Positions 12,746-22,716 of a DNA stretch of 64,000 bases are shown piece after piece; the stretch's first letter is position 1; each line of letters opens with the position of its first letter. The notes under the pieces are model-generated. The model was not told the DNA's origin, searched no databases, and saw only the letters and a list, made by a program, of their open reading frames with translations. A program made the translations under genes and the position numbers. This DNA is from Escherichia phage vB_EcoM_005. The stretch lies in sequence record MK295203; one strand, given 5' to 3'.

Positions 12746-13608
12746 GGGTTTCTCCTTGGTGCTGGAGGCGCTGGCTCGACAGGCACTGGAATATCTTGTG
12801 AATATGTTTGAACGGAACTTCCATCCCATTCTGTTTGTTCTACACCTCTCGGAACCACTTCGCTATCAACCGATTCGAAATTACCTTCAGGAGCGAGTTC
12901 CTTTGAGTTAGCAAAGAAATCAAGATAAATGGTTTTAATTTCGCCTTCCATTTCTTTAACTGGAGGATATAACCACCCGTTAACCTCAAACATCATGGAC
13001 CATTCTAAACGACGACGAGAAGTGGTATCGCCTTCTAATTGTTCGTCCATTGCAATAGACTGGAACACAATACGAATATCACGGTCAAATTTAATCTCGT
13101 TTGTATAGAGTTCAGTGATTGTTGTATTAAAGTGAGGTTGGAAATAAGGCATAATCTGTTCCACAATTTGGAACATATCATCTTGGGTTCTAGTGTAAAT
13201 ACCCAGTTCGAAAATCATTTTAACCGGAGTAGGAGAATATTGGCTAACCCGTTTACGAGGGTCACCATTCTCAAATTGAATTTGTGTTCTGTTCTGAAGA
13301 GCTGTTTTGTATTGTGAGTTATAAAGCATATCAACCATTTGAAGGTTCATACGTGGAAGAACTGTTTCCACTTTAGCCTTTTGTTCAGCTCGTTCTTTAG
13401 GAGACGTATTGGGATTTGGAATATTCTGTACTGCCGTCCATTTGCCCAAATTTGCCATAAATCTTTCTTTAGAAGCATACGTGATAGGAACCTTAATAAA
13501 TTTAAGCCCTGTATCTTCTCTTTGACGTGCTACTTGAACATGGGAAAATAAATCACCCATCAAAACAATATAGCGACGTAGCGAACTATTATAAAAGTGA
13601 CCGAACAT
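12742..13608 (-). CDS. 15: tail sheath stabilizer/terminator protein gp15
   Basis: [13 protein letters not shown]...VPITYASKE... matches T4 gp15 N-terminus as recalled; 288 aa. Confidence 0.85.
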
Positions 13609-14195
13609 TACTCACCTCTCATTTTACAATTATCATTATGCCAACGATTTATAAGATGGTATCCTATCATCTTGTGGCAATGTGGACACTCTACTTTTCT
13701 CTTTGGTACACCTGTTTGGGCTTGTCCAAAGGATACGGTATGTTCTGCTGAAAGCTTTTTGCCTTTGTGGGTTTCACTGGCTCTCTTTTTAGCATACTCT
13801 CCGTGATGTTTACCAAAAAATGGATTCAATTCACCTATACGAGTTTTACCCCAGGCTGATTTAACCCTCTTCATTTCTATACGGGCTTCTTCGTATTTTA
13901 TTTTTAATTCTTCTTCGGATAAATTTAAATTTCTACGTTCAGAACTACTAAACATAATCCAAAAGGCTAAAATCATTTTAGGGTCTTTTGTTTTTGCTAA
14001 GATTGCATGCGCCTCTAGATGGTCTAAAACATCTATAGAAACTATATTTTCCGGCGTGTTTTCGTATTCTGGAAATAAAGACCTAGGGAGAATATGATGT
14101 TTTTCGGTGTATTCTGTTTTAGGTGGCTTGGAGACCACCGCCAGATATTCATCTGTCAAATCCCCAAGCCATAATCCTACTTTTTCTTCTATCAT
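13608..14195 (-). CDS. HNH homing endonuclease
   Basis: HHILPRSLFPEYENTPENIVSIDVLDHLEAH HNH motif and C-terminal CPHCH...C zinc finger; inserted between genes 15 and 14. Confidence 0.7.
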   Translation of the reverse strand: MIEEKVGLWLGDLTDEYLAVVSKPPKTEYTEKHHILPRSLFPEYENTPENIVSIDVLDHLEAHAILAKTKDPKMILAFWIMFSSSERRNLNLSEEELKIKYEEARIEMKRVKSAWGKTRIGELNPFFGKHHGEYAKKRASETHKGKKLSAEHTVSFGQAQTGVPKRKVECPHCHKMIGYHLINRWHNDNCKMRGE

Positions 14196-14204
14196 AGAAG
14201 TTAT

Positions 14205-14908
14205 TTAATCATCTAAAAAAGCATCATCAAATGCTGTAGGAGGAGCATCTTCTCCTCGTCCATTAATTACAACATAAGGATGTACGAATTCAGCCGCTTC
14301 GGCATTAATCTCATTGACCTCTTCGTATTGAATGTCGGAGATATCAGCCAACCCGTCGATATTCTTAACAGGCATTAAATCAAGCTCACTGAATTCAGGA
14401 ATATTAATACCTTCATTTCTCTGTAATTCAGGACGAAGTTCTTCACCATTGTAAATGAACTTGGTAGCGGTAATTCGACGCTGGACGTTAGCACCTACTT
14501 GATAGAATGGGTCGTAAGGTTGTACCCAGTTAATTTCGAATAGGCTTATTATCCATTGGGAAATAAATCAAGTCGCCTGAAACAGGTTCAGTGCCATTGC
14601 ATTGATGTTTAAAAAGGTTAGGGTTAATTGTGATTGTTACTTCATCATTAACCATCATACCGAACTTACTGAAAGCCTATTCGGTCATTGGCATTTAACA
14701 TATTCACGTGGTATATAATAAAGCTCAATACCACGCATTTGAATAGACTCAGCAACTAAAGCATCAGCCAATGTTTGGGTATTCTCATGCTTGTAATGGT
14801 CGCCATTGGGTCATTGACAAAGGGATTGAGAATTTCGGCTTCGTTCGTATTAGCGTAACCTGTATTATTTTCTAGTTTGGCGAAAAGACTAGAATCAAAT
14901 GTCGACAT
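14205..14908 (-). CDS. 14: neck protein gp14 (multiple frameshifts; not translatable as one ORF)
   Basis: gp14-like segments lie in three frames: [23 protein letters not shown]..., [64 protein letters not shown]...; span of 704 nt is not a multiple of 3. Confidence 0.7.
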
Positions 14909-15521
14909 AACTCCACTCCTTCCATTTAGGTTTATCATTCTTTATTCTATTAATAACTGCGCTTTTGACTATACCAAAATACTCGGCGCATTCTTTACCT
15001 GTCGAGAATACCATTTCTCCGACTCTAACTGCTCTGGCCGCAGGATTTTTACTACCGGTAAAATCTGGGTGTTTCACACGCGTCCACATTAATGCGGTAG
15101 ATTCTTTTCTACGCTTTAGCCCTTCTTCAGTCCATTCTCTTGATTTTGCCGCCTCTGACATTCTTTTTCTTGATTCTATAGAACGGGTTTTACCTATATT
15201 AGGGTTATCTTTAGGATTGTAATAAGAAGGACCACCTTGTCCTCCTTTTACCAAATTAACACACTGAGCAAAATCTTCTTTAAGAATATCGACTAAAAGT
15301 TCTTCGGCTTCCTTTAATAATTCCGGATTACCGAAATCTTTCGACCATAATACCTGTTTTATACAGTTTCGTCCATATTTTTTCTTAGCATTCGAAATAT
15401 ACGTTCCTGAGCCAACGTATGAATCCAGCTTTGGATTAGATTTATCCGAATGTCTTTTACCGCCATAAATTTTTAATCCGTCCGACGTTTCAAACTCAGT
15501 CACGTATAATCTATAAAACAT
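14895..15521 (-). CDS. GIY-YIG homing endonuclease inserted between genes 13 and 14
   Basis: [10 protein letters not shown]...YVGSG motifs, C-terminal HTH; 3' end overlaps gene 14 start; ORF track fuses it to an upstream gene-14 fragment (14895..15668). Confidence 0.75.
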   Translation of the reverse strand: MFYRLYVTEFETSDGLKIYGGKRHSDKSNPKLDSYVGSGTYISNAKKKYGRNCIKQVLWSKDFGNPELLKEAEELLVDILKEDFAQCVNLVKGGQGGPSYYNPKDNPNIGKTRSIESRKRMSEAAKSREWTEEGLKRRKESTALMWTRVKHPDFTGSKNPAARAVRVGEMVFSTGKECAEYFGIVKSAVINRIKNDKPKWKEWSYVDI

Positions 15522-15568
15522 AATTATCCAATTAAAATAGGTGTTGGTGGGTCGAGTAAATCTAATTC
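15519..15568. repeat. 50-bp direct repeat, copy 1 (copy of gene 13 3' end)
   Basis: Identical 50-mer CATAATTATCCAATTAAAATAGGTGTTGGTGGGTCGAGTAAATCTAATTC also at 15666-15715. Confidence 0.85.
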
Positions 15569-15572
15569 GAAA

Positions 15573-15668
15573 GTTGACGAAAGGGTTCATTATTTCAGTT
15601 TCGTTCGTGTTAGCATAGCCAGTATTATCTTCTAGCTTAGCGAATAAACTCGAATCGAAAGTAGCCAT
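15573..15668 (-). other. duplicated, diverged 5' fragment of gene 14 (32 codons)
   Basis: [32 protein letters not shown], about 78% nt identical to the real gene 14 start at 14908; reads in frame into the HEG. Confidence 0.6.
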
Positions 15669-15715
15669 AATTATCCAATTAAAATAGGTGTTGGTGGGTC
15701 GAGTAAATCTAATTC
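15666..15715. repeat. 50-bp direct repeat, copy 2 (3' end of gene 13)
   Basis: Identical to 15519-15568; encodes gp13 C-terminus ...[14 protein letters not shown]. Confidence 0.85.
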
Positions 15716-16839
15716 CTCGCGAAGTCGTTCTTTTTCTAAACGAGCTTCTTCAATCAATCGAATAGCCATCTACAGTGGTTCCACCTGCAAGTTGCATGCC
15801 TTGGTGTTTGGCTAAAATATTACCATTGACCTCTTTAACCAGTGCCGTAGCATAATCTTTAACCCAACGGTTATTATATGCACCAGTCTTGAAGACCAAG
15901 GTCCTCACCTACACGCATACCAGAAATACGACGTGATGGATTATCCCAAACAGCTCCAGGGCTCCATTCATTTTCGTCACACCCACCAGAGGCATATCCA
16001 TATCCTGCAGTATTTCCTACCATAGAATCAACCCCATTAAAAGAGCGAGTATAAACTTCAATTACAATAAAATCACCTTTAACAAAGTTACCCATTACCT
16101 TCAACTGTTCAGTGGCATCGTTATACCAATAATCAGGCAACAAAATATTACCATTGACTTCTTTAACCAATGCCGTCGCATAATCTTTGACCCAACGGTT
16201 ATTATATGAACCATCTTGCAAACCAAGGTCTTCACCTGCCCTCATACCTGAAATACGACGAGCCGGGTTATCCCAAATAGCTCCGGGGCTCCATTCATTT
16301 TCGTCACACCCACCAGAGGCATATCCATATCCTGCAGTATTTCCTACCATAGAATCAACCCCATTAAAAGTGGAACCAAAAGGTCTTGCATCATAGAACG
16401 ATATTGCATTAATTGTGTAAAATAACCAAGGTCGGCACCGAAGGCATTAGGCCCAAAGCTGTTACAAGAAGGTTCCAAGACCACCATTAATACCGGCCAA
16501 GCCTAATACAAAATCAGTAAACCATGGATAAGTCGCTTGGCCATCCATAGATGTTAAAGAACCCACGTTGGTTCTCAAAATTTGTGTTACCGCAAATATA
16601 TTACGGCCTTTAAGGTCAAATACACCGTTACGGAATTTTTCTTCGTCATCATGGCCTATATAAAAAGCCTGATAACCTTTGTTATAGCCGTTATAATGAT
16701 ACTCACCGTAGAGCTCCAGTGCGCGCTGGATGCAATCGTATACTTGGTCTGTAGTTACTTCAATATTTGTAATCGGTGCACCCAGGCGGCGCAGGATTGC
16801 GTCCTTGAGTTGCTTAGGGTTATATGATTCACTTGCCAT
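15671..16839 (-). CDS. 13: neck protein gp13 (frameshifts and internal tandem duplication)
   Basis: [23 protein letters not shown]... matches T4 gp13; frame breaks near 16465 and 15760; 1169-nt span is not a multiple of 3. Confidence 0.75.
15814..16043. repeat. tandem duplication inside gene 13, copy A (about 230 bp)
   Basis: About 90% identical to 16142-16370; both encode [43 protein letters not shown]. Confidence 0.8.
16142..16370. repeat. tandem duplication inside gene 13, copy B
   Basis: See copy A; separated from it by a 98-bp unique segment encoding [19 protein letters not shown]... Confidence 0.8.
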
Positions 16840-16860
16840 GGTTTATTCCTCTAATAACCG

Positions 16861-16868
16861 TATTTATA
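16861..16868 (-). promoter_or_regulatory. late promoter TATAAATA for gene 13
   Basis: Minus-strand TATAAATA about 20 nt upstream of gene 13 ATG. Confidence 0.5.
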
Positions 16869-16870
16869 GC

Positions 16871-16892
16871 AAAAAAGGGCCGAAGCCCTTTT
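16871..16892 (-). terminator. rho-independent terminator after wac
   Basis: Minus-strand AAAAGGGCTTCGGCCCTTTTTT immediately downstream of the wac stop. Confidence 0.6.
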
Positions 16893-16893
16893 A

Positions 16894-19107
16894 TTATGGT
16901 GTTGGGGTTAAAGTCACAAAATCTGACAATAATACCCATGCATTATCAACAAGAACATACGGAAGTCCATCAGCAACTGGAGCCGCTGGCGGACGTTTAC
17001 CAAGTTCAGTTTCTAGTGCAGTGATTTTAGCTTCGGCTGCAGTTAAACGAGTAGTTAATCCTGCCACTTTACCTGATTCAACTTCAACAACACCTAAACG
17101 GGTATCAATAGCCGCTACTTTATCGGATTCACCCTTAACTTCAGCCAATCCAGATTTAAGTGTTACTATATCACCTTCTGCAGTGCCAAGGCGGGTATTA
17201 ATACCTGCTACCTTATCAGATTCGACTTTAACAGCGGCAAGTCCTGTTTCTAAAGTGGTGATTTTACCTTCTGCTGTAGTAACTCTAGTTGTTAAAGGAG
17301 CAATTTTGGCAGTATCAACTTTAATTGCGTTAATTTCACCTTCAGTAGAAGAAACTCGGCCAGTTAAAGAAACGATATCGCCTTTGTTCTTGGTGATATC
17401 CGCTTTAATAGGGGTCAACTGGTTTTCTAAATCGGTTACATCTAAAGCCAGTGCAGTAACATCGTCATCAGTAGTATCTGTCTTAGTTTCAAGAGCAGCA
17501 ATTTTACCGTTAATGGTTACATCACTAGATTCAAGTGCTGTTAAACGACCGTCCTGTTCAACGTCTTTAGCCTTTATAGTAACGATATCTGCTTTAATCT
17601 CACCAACCGAAGTGTTTAATGCACCGGTACGAGTATCAAGAGAAGAAATTGAGGTATCATTATCATCGACTCTAGAAGTTAAAGCGGCCACTTTACCGTT
17701 GGTAACAACCAAATCAGCCTTAACAGATTCTATTTCCGTAGAGCTATTGAGAACCTCTGTCCAAGTAGCATTGCGGCGTGCATAAAGCTTACCATCGGAA
17801 GGGGCATCATTCAACTTACCTAACATCTGGGTTTCTAAAGAAGTAACCGCGTTAATAAGACCACGTTCTTCTACAGTAGTACCGTTAGGGTTGGTCCCGT
17901 CAACCTTATTGGTGAGTTTAAGTAAAGTACCCTTAATACCGGATTGGTTATTTCCAATTTCTACTTGAATATCCTGGATAGATGAAGTAGATTGGTTTGC
18001 TTGGATAATAACGTCATTTAAACGCTTATTAATGGTCCCAGCTGCCGGAGATACTTCACTACCTAAACGGCGGTTGATATCAGTAACTTGGAAACGTAAG
18101 CCATCACTTGAACTAACACCCACTATGGTTTTAAGGTCATTTACATCGGTGCGAAGACCGCTTAAACGTCCATTAATAGAAGTAGGAGTTGATTCAGAAC
18201 CTATTTGGATTTCAATTGATGTTACACGAGGTTTTAAATCAACGTTGACTGAATTTTCTAGGGTAAGAGTTTTGCTTTCTAAAGTAGTTACTCGGTCCTT
18301 TATAGGCATACCGGAGAAATCAATATTGGTCTTAATTTCGTCGATAGACGTATTAAAATTAATTGCCGCCGTTTCTAATGCTGAAATTCGGGTATAAGCA
18401 GGTTGTTTACCTACCGTATCAGAATGCGGGCCAAGTTCAGCACGAATTTCATTTAATTTAATACCTAATTGCCCGACGTCAGAATCTTCATAATTCCTTT
18501 CAAGGGTATCAATGCGAAGACGATGGTCGACCAATTCAGTGGTATTATCAATGATGCGACGTTTCATACCGGTGGCTTCGCTGGTTTCACCTGGAGGCAA
18601 TGGATTGCCATTTATATCCTGGTTTTCATAATGACCTATTTCGGTTTTAAGAAGAACAATATTTTCACGTACAGTTAAATATGGGCCATCTTGTAAAGGG
18701 TCATGGTAACCAACGTCTTCACGCAAGTAATCAAAATTGGTGGTTAACTCATCCAATTTTCCTGTTGTTTCTGAAGTAACCTTTTTAAGGTCTACGATAT
18801 CAACACGGTTTTTCTCAATTTGTTGGATGACGGAAATATCCGTAGCCATTTCTAAGGCATCATTGATATTATTAACGTTTTCTACCAGTTCGTTAACTTT
18901 ATCTGCGGTTTTCAAATCATTCGCATCAAGAGCTTCAACGTTTTTCTGAACTCCTAAAGCAGCAGCGTTCAAATTACCTTCATTGCCGTATTTTGTTTTT
19001 GCTGCAGACATACAATCACCCTCGCGTATCCATTGGATACGCTTTTGAGGAGCATCAGGTACGCCGTCAACAAATGGTAACTCACTAAGTTCCAATTTGT
19101 TAATCAT
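16894..19107 (-). CDS. wac: fibritin (whisker antigen control) with extended coiled coil
   Basis: MINKLELSELPFVDGVPDAPQ... N-terminus like T4 wac, long repetitive coiled-coil segments; 737 aa versus 487 in T4 as recalled. Confidence 0.85.
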   Translation of the reverse strand: MINKLELSELPFVDGVPDAPQKRIQWIREGDCMSAAKTKYGNEGNLNAAALGVQKNVEALDANDLKTADKVNELVENVNNINDALEMATDISVIQQIEKNRVDIVDLKKVTSETTGKLDELTTNFDYLREDVGYHDPLQDGPYLTVRENIVLLKTEIGHYENQDINGNPLPPGETSEATGMKRRIIDNTTELVDHRLRIDTLERNYEDSDVGQLGIKLNEIRAELGPHSDTVGKQPAYTRISALETAAINFNTSIDEIKTNIDFSGMPIKDRVTTLESKTLTLENSVNVDLKPRVTSIEIQIGSESTPTSINGRLSGLRTDVNDLKTIVGVSSSDGLRFQVTDINRRLGSEVSPAAGTINKRLNDVIIQANQSTSSIQDIQVEIGNNQSGIKGTLLKLTNKVDGTNPNGTTVEERGLINAVTSLETQMLGKLNDAPSDGKLYARRNATWTEVLNSSTEIESVKADLVVTNGKVAALTSRVDDNDTSISSLDTRTGALNTSVGEIKADIVTIKAKDVEQDGRLTALESSDVTINGKIAALETKTDTTDDDVTALALDVTDLENQLTPIKADITKNKGDIVSLTGRVSSTEGEINAIKVDTAKIAPLTTRVTTAEGKITTLETGLAAVKVESDKVAGINTRLGTAEGDIVTLKSGLAEVKGESDKVAAIDTRLGVVEVESGKVAGLTTRLTAAEAKITALETELGKRPPAAPVADGLPYVLVDNAWVLLSDFVTLTPTP

Positions 19108-19116
19108 TTTTTACCC

Positions 19117-20445
19117 TTATTCTACTTTAATAATAAAAAGAACGGACATTGTCCATGGACGTGTTTCATTGGCAATAAGACCTTCACTATTAAGTGTGGT
19201 ATAGGTAGCGGTATTACCGAAGGCACCAGCATTATCATGTTCACCAAAACCACCAGCATGTTTATGATAACGTAATGCTTGGGCTTGAACGGAAGATTGT
19301 GGGAAAGAACCAACACCATTACCTAAACGGGCTTTACCTTTACCGTCTTCTCCTCGGTTACCGGCAATATGCGGGTTAACTTCGCCTTCAGAATATCCAC
19401 CGACCATGTTAGCGCCACGAGGATATAATCCACGGAAATCTGGAATAGCACCCCACCATCCCCGACAAATAGTACCTACAGGGACGCTATCTGATAATTG
19501 GTCGTGGGTAACAACATCAACACCATTACGACGTAATGCGCCATTAACGTTTAAAGTACCCCATATTTCACCACCTGAAGTAGAAATAACGTTGGCATTA
19601 TAAGCCAGTGCCGTATTACCATCACCTTGGCCCACAGTAGTAGATAATCGAACCAATCCAATACGACCAGTATTACCTGTACGAGCTAACAAAGAAGCAG
19701 GTGTAACAGCGGCAGTGTGGTCAGTACCATTAGATACCATATCCCAACCCGCGAGTTTAATAATACCGCTTCGTTCTTCGGTGGATGTTAATGTGGCTAA
19801 TCCTGCAGGAGAAATAGCGATACCTACAGAAAGATTTCCATTACCAACTTCGGCATTAGTCGCTAAACGAACCAAACCTTCATTTGTAGTCGTTGCCGTA
19901 GAATAAACCGGTAACGCTGCTGTCGCTGCACCAATTGCTTGCGATACTTTAAGTGGGGTCATTGCGGTGGTATCATCGGTACCAGCTAATGCAGCAGGTG
20001 TAGTTGAAATCTTGATAACGCCTGTGGCGTTCTCTGTTGATAAACGGTTCTCAAATGTATAATCCATTACCGCTTTCAAAGAGGTTGCTACGATTGCAGC
20101 CTGGGGCTCTGTGCCTGCTATGGCTTCAGCGTTAGTAGCGTAACGAGTGATACCTACATAAGTTTCTGTTGCCTGAGTAGGAATATCTAAACGGGCTTTT
20201 AAAGTTGCTGGAGTCACTGCACTATAAGCGTCCAATCCGTCCATTACTTCTTGTGTGGTGGCAAGACGAATAATACCTTGGGATGTTTCTGTGGCTGAAG
20301 GAACATTACCTGTGACGCCGATTAATGAAATAGTTGCCAATGCTTCTTGAACATTAGTAATATCAGGCGGGAAATTCGACCCAGTAGGGTCGAATGATTT
20401 GAATTCCGATTTATCACTAATGTGTTTTAGTGTGTTTGTTGACAT
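19117..20445 (-). CDS. 12: short tail fiber protein gp12
   Basis: ...FDPTGSNFPPDITNVQ...MTPLK...YHKHAGGFGEHDNAGAFGNT...NETRPW...IIKVE matches T4 gp12 hallmarks; 442 aa. Confidence 0.85.
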   Translation of the reverse strand: MSTNTLKHISDKSEFKSFDPTGSNFPPDITNVQEALATISLIGVTGNVPSATETSQGIIRLATTQEVMDGLDAYSAVTPATLKARLDIPTQATETYVGITRYATNAEAIAGTEPQAAIVATSLKAVMDYTFENRLSTENATGVIKISTTPAALAGTDDTTAMTPLKVSQAIGAATAALPVYSTATTTNEGLVRLATNAEVGNGNLSVGIAISPAGLATLTSTEERSGIIKLAGWDMVSNGTDHTAAVTPASLLARTGNTGRIGLVRLSTTVGQGDGNTALAYNANVISTSGGEIWGTLNVNGALRRNGVDVVTHDQLSDSVPVGTICRGWWGAIPDFRGLYPRGANMVGGYSEGEVNPHIAGNRGEDGKGKARLGNGVGSFPQSSVQAQALRYHKHAGGFGEHDNAGAFGNTATYTTLNSEGLIANETRPWTMSVLFIIKVE

Positions 20446-21004
20446 TAATATAATCTCTTATAGTAATATAAAGGAATCGTGCCGTTAACTGTACCACCTG
20501 CTAACGATTGGGTAGAGTTACCTAAGTATTCCCACTTACCGTATCCAGCCCTTGGCTGTTGGACTATAGTATGGGAAATTGTACAACCCGGGCAATAGCG
20601 TCTAAAAACACATCATTTACTTTAGATGCAACCAATACAGATGAATCGCCAACTAAGACCTCTACAGGAAGTCCAAACACTTTAATAATAACCGGGTCGC
20701 CAAGTTCACCGCCCGAAGAAATAGAACCGGTAAATGTAATTTTATCAGATTGCTGAATAAATCCAGGTGCTCTGTTTTCTGTGGTAATAATAACAGAGTT
20801 CACAGGAAGCTCTGCTCTAAATGCAATATCATCTATTGCACTTTGAACCGTAGGAAAATAAACACCCTTCTGGGTTTGGTTTGCAGAAGGACCACCGATA
20901 GGTCGTTGGTCAGCGACAGCAGTAGGCTTGTCACTAGTGTAAGATAATTCCAAATAATCGGCTAAGCGGGATTTTAACCCGCTTTTCATTTCAGTTAAAG
21001 TCAT
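20445..21004 (-). CDS. 11: baseplate wedge protein gp11 (frame broken near 3' end)
   Basis: 146-aa ORF (20564..21004) plus C-terminal 33 codons (...GYGKWEYLGNSTQSLAGG...YYYKRLY) in another frame ending at gene 12 ATG. Confidence 0.75.
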
Positions 21005-22716
21005 TATGCAATCCTCAGATAAGCCGGTCCTTGTGAATCAGGGTCAACTAAACATCCACCTACAAAAATAGGGCCATCGTTATCAGCAATAAGGACTTTA
21101 TCATCGGTATTAAGTTCAGGGATATTCTCATATTTCAAATTAGCCACATGAGCACCACCGGTACCACCAGCAGTTGACTGTGGAATACCAGAAGAATCCA
21201 GATCGTTATTATTTGCATTAAACAAAGAAGCCGCGTCAGGAGACCAACCTACCAAGAACACATCAGATAAACGCTTCCATGAACCAAAGCCCATATAAGT
21301 TTTAGGGTTATTAGGGTTCACCGTGTTCTCGTAGATAGTTCCTATAGGGTAGATTAAATCAAAAAATGTTGCTGCTGTGTCTATTGTAATATTAGACGAG
21401 GCGACCGGCTCAACGTTAGGTGCAAAAGGATTATCTACATCAGTAATACGAACCTGGCCTGTTATATCAATCGATGGACCCTTAGAAATATAGATGTTGT
21501 TGGTATAATCCAAAATCTCATCAATTTCCATGGTGGTACCGATATCATTATTGTACCAAATTACTGTAAGAATATCGCCATGTTCAAAGTTACGTCCAAA
21601 TTCGATGGATTCAATCTTGTCTTCAGGAGTCAAATTAAAAATATAGTCTGATTTAGATTGAGTCCATTGACCACCGGCATTAAAACACTCGGTAGCAGTA
21701 CGACCATCAGCACCTTCACAATAAAACGAAGGAAGTCCAGCTGTACCTGCTTGATGAAGTAATGTGCTATTAAGCATAACTTGACAAGCATTTGGGTTGA
21801 TAGGGCTGTTAACAGAAATATTCAAATCAGCGGCTGATATAACATGCGAAGTATTCAAATCTCCGACGAAAGAAGAACCAGGAACAGAAACGTTTTTAGT
21901 CAATTCTGAACTTTGGATTGTTATATCACGGCGGTTATAAGAACTACGCCATTGAGCAAGCCCGTCATTATATGATTTGATAATAACAGTATCACCCGCT
22001 TCACAAGGATATTTTAAACGGATGTCTTTACCATTCAAGGCCACCAATTCACCTGGTTGAGCACCTGGAGAACCAAACTCTGCGGTAGCAGCATCAAAAA
22101 TATCATCAATACCGTAGAACAAATTGTTACCACGTTGTGAAACGCTTAAACTTGCTACGTTATAAGAAAGACCCGGGAAAACATCTAGAAAGTCTGTTTG
22201 ACCTTCAGTGGCAATAAACTGCTTAGTTGCTACAGTAGCAAGGTCGTTATTTGGAATACGGTTTACTTGCTTATTTTCAACATATTCCCAACGTCCTGGA
22301 GCACAATAAACTAATTCAAGGTCAGAGAAGTTGCGAGCAATTTCTACTTGAGTAGCTGAACCCTTAATGGTATCACCTGTGGCAGGGATTAGGGTTACAG
22401 GGTTAGCTTGCCATGAGGAATACACGTCACGTACACGGATAACAAAGTTATATTCTTCAGGGGAGCCTTTAGGAAGCTGAACGTTAATACGCCCACCTTG
22501 AGTATTAAGGGTATAGCTATGACCCATTACAGCGTTCAACAAAGCGCCATCTGCGGTAGAATGCTGTTTCCAAGCGCCTGCGGCATGTGGGTTGTTGCCA
22601 TCACCTAATTGGTAATAAAGCTCATTGAAGTTGTTATTAATTTTAAGACCACCTGCACGCAGGTAATCACCGGACCCGTCATCAACAGCGGAACCTACTT
22701 TTAAGTCTTGTTTCAT
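21004..22716 (-). CDS. 10: baseplate wedge protein gp10
   Basis: MKQDLKVGSAVDDGSGDYLRAGGLKINNNF...DLELVYCAPGRWEYV...NPNNPKTYMGFGSWK matches T4 gp10; 570 aa versus about 602. Confidence 0.9.
   Translation of the reverse strand: MKQDLKVGSAVDDGSGDYLRAGGLKINNNFNELYYQLGDGNNPHAAGAWKQHSTADGALLNAVMGHSYTLNTQGGRINVQLPKGSPEEYNFVIRVRDVYSSWQANPVTLIPATGDTIKGSATQVEIARNFSDLELVYCAPGRWEYVENKQVNRIPNNDLATVATKQFIATEGQTDFLDVFPGLSYNVASLSVSQRGNNLFYGIDDIFDAATAEFGSPGAQPGELVALNGKDIRLKYPCEAGDTVIIKSYNDGLAQWRSSYNRRDITIQSSELTKNVSVPGSSFVGDLNTSHVISAADLNISVNSPINPNACQVMLNSTLLHQAGTAGLPSFYCEGADGRTATECFNAGGQWTQSKSDYIFNLTPEDKIESIEFGRNFEHGDILTVIWYNNDIGTTMEIDEILDYTNNIYISKGPSIDITGQVRITDVDNPFAPNVEPVASSNITIDTAATFFDLIYPIGTIYENTVNPNNPKTYMGFGSWKRLSDVFLVGWSPDAASLFNANNNDLDSSGIPQSTAGGTGGAHVANLKYENIPELNTDDKVLIADNDGPIFVGGCLVDPDSQGPAYLRIA

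Noticed and set aside
14535-14685. 11-bp inverted repeat (CGAATAGGCTT / AAGCCTATTCG) flanking 125 bp in gene 14, considered as an inverted segment or MITE
   Set aside because: The enclosed segment encodes gp14 sequence in the correct orientation; the repeats coincide with two frameshift sites instead.
16980-17500. Tandem repeats inside wac considered as a mobile or satellite element
   Set aside because: They are in frame and encode the repeating coiled-coil of fibritin.
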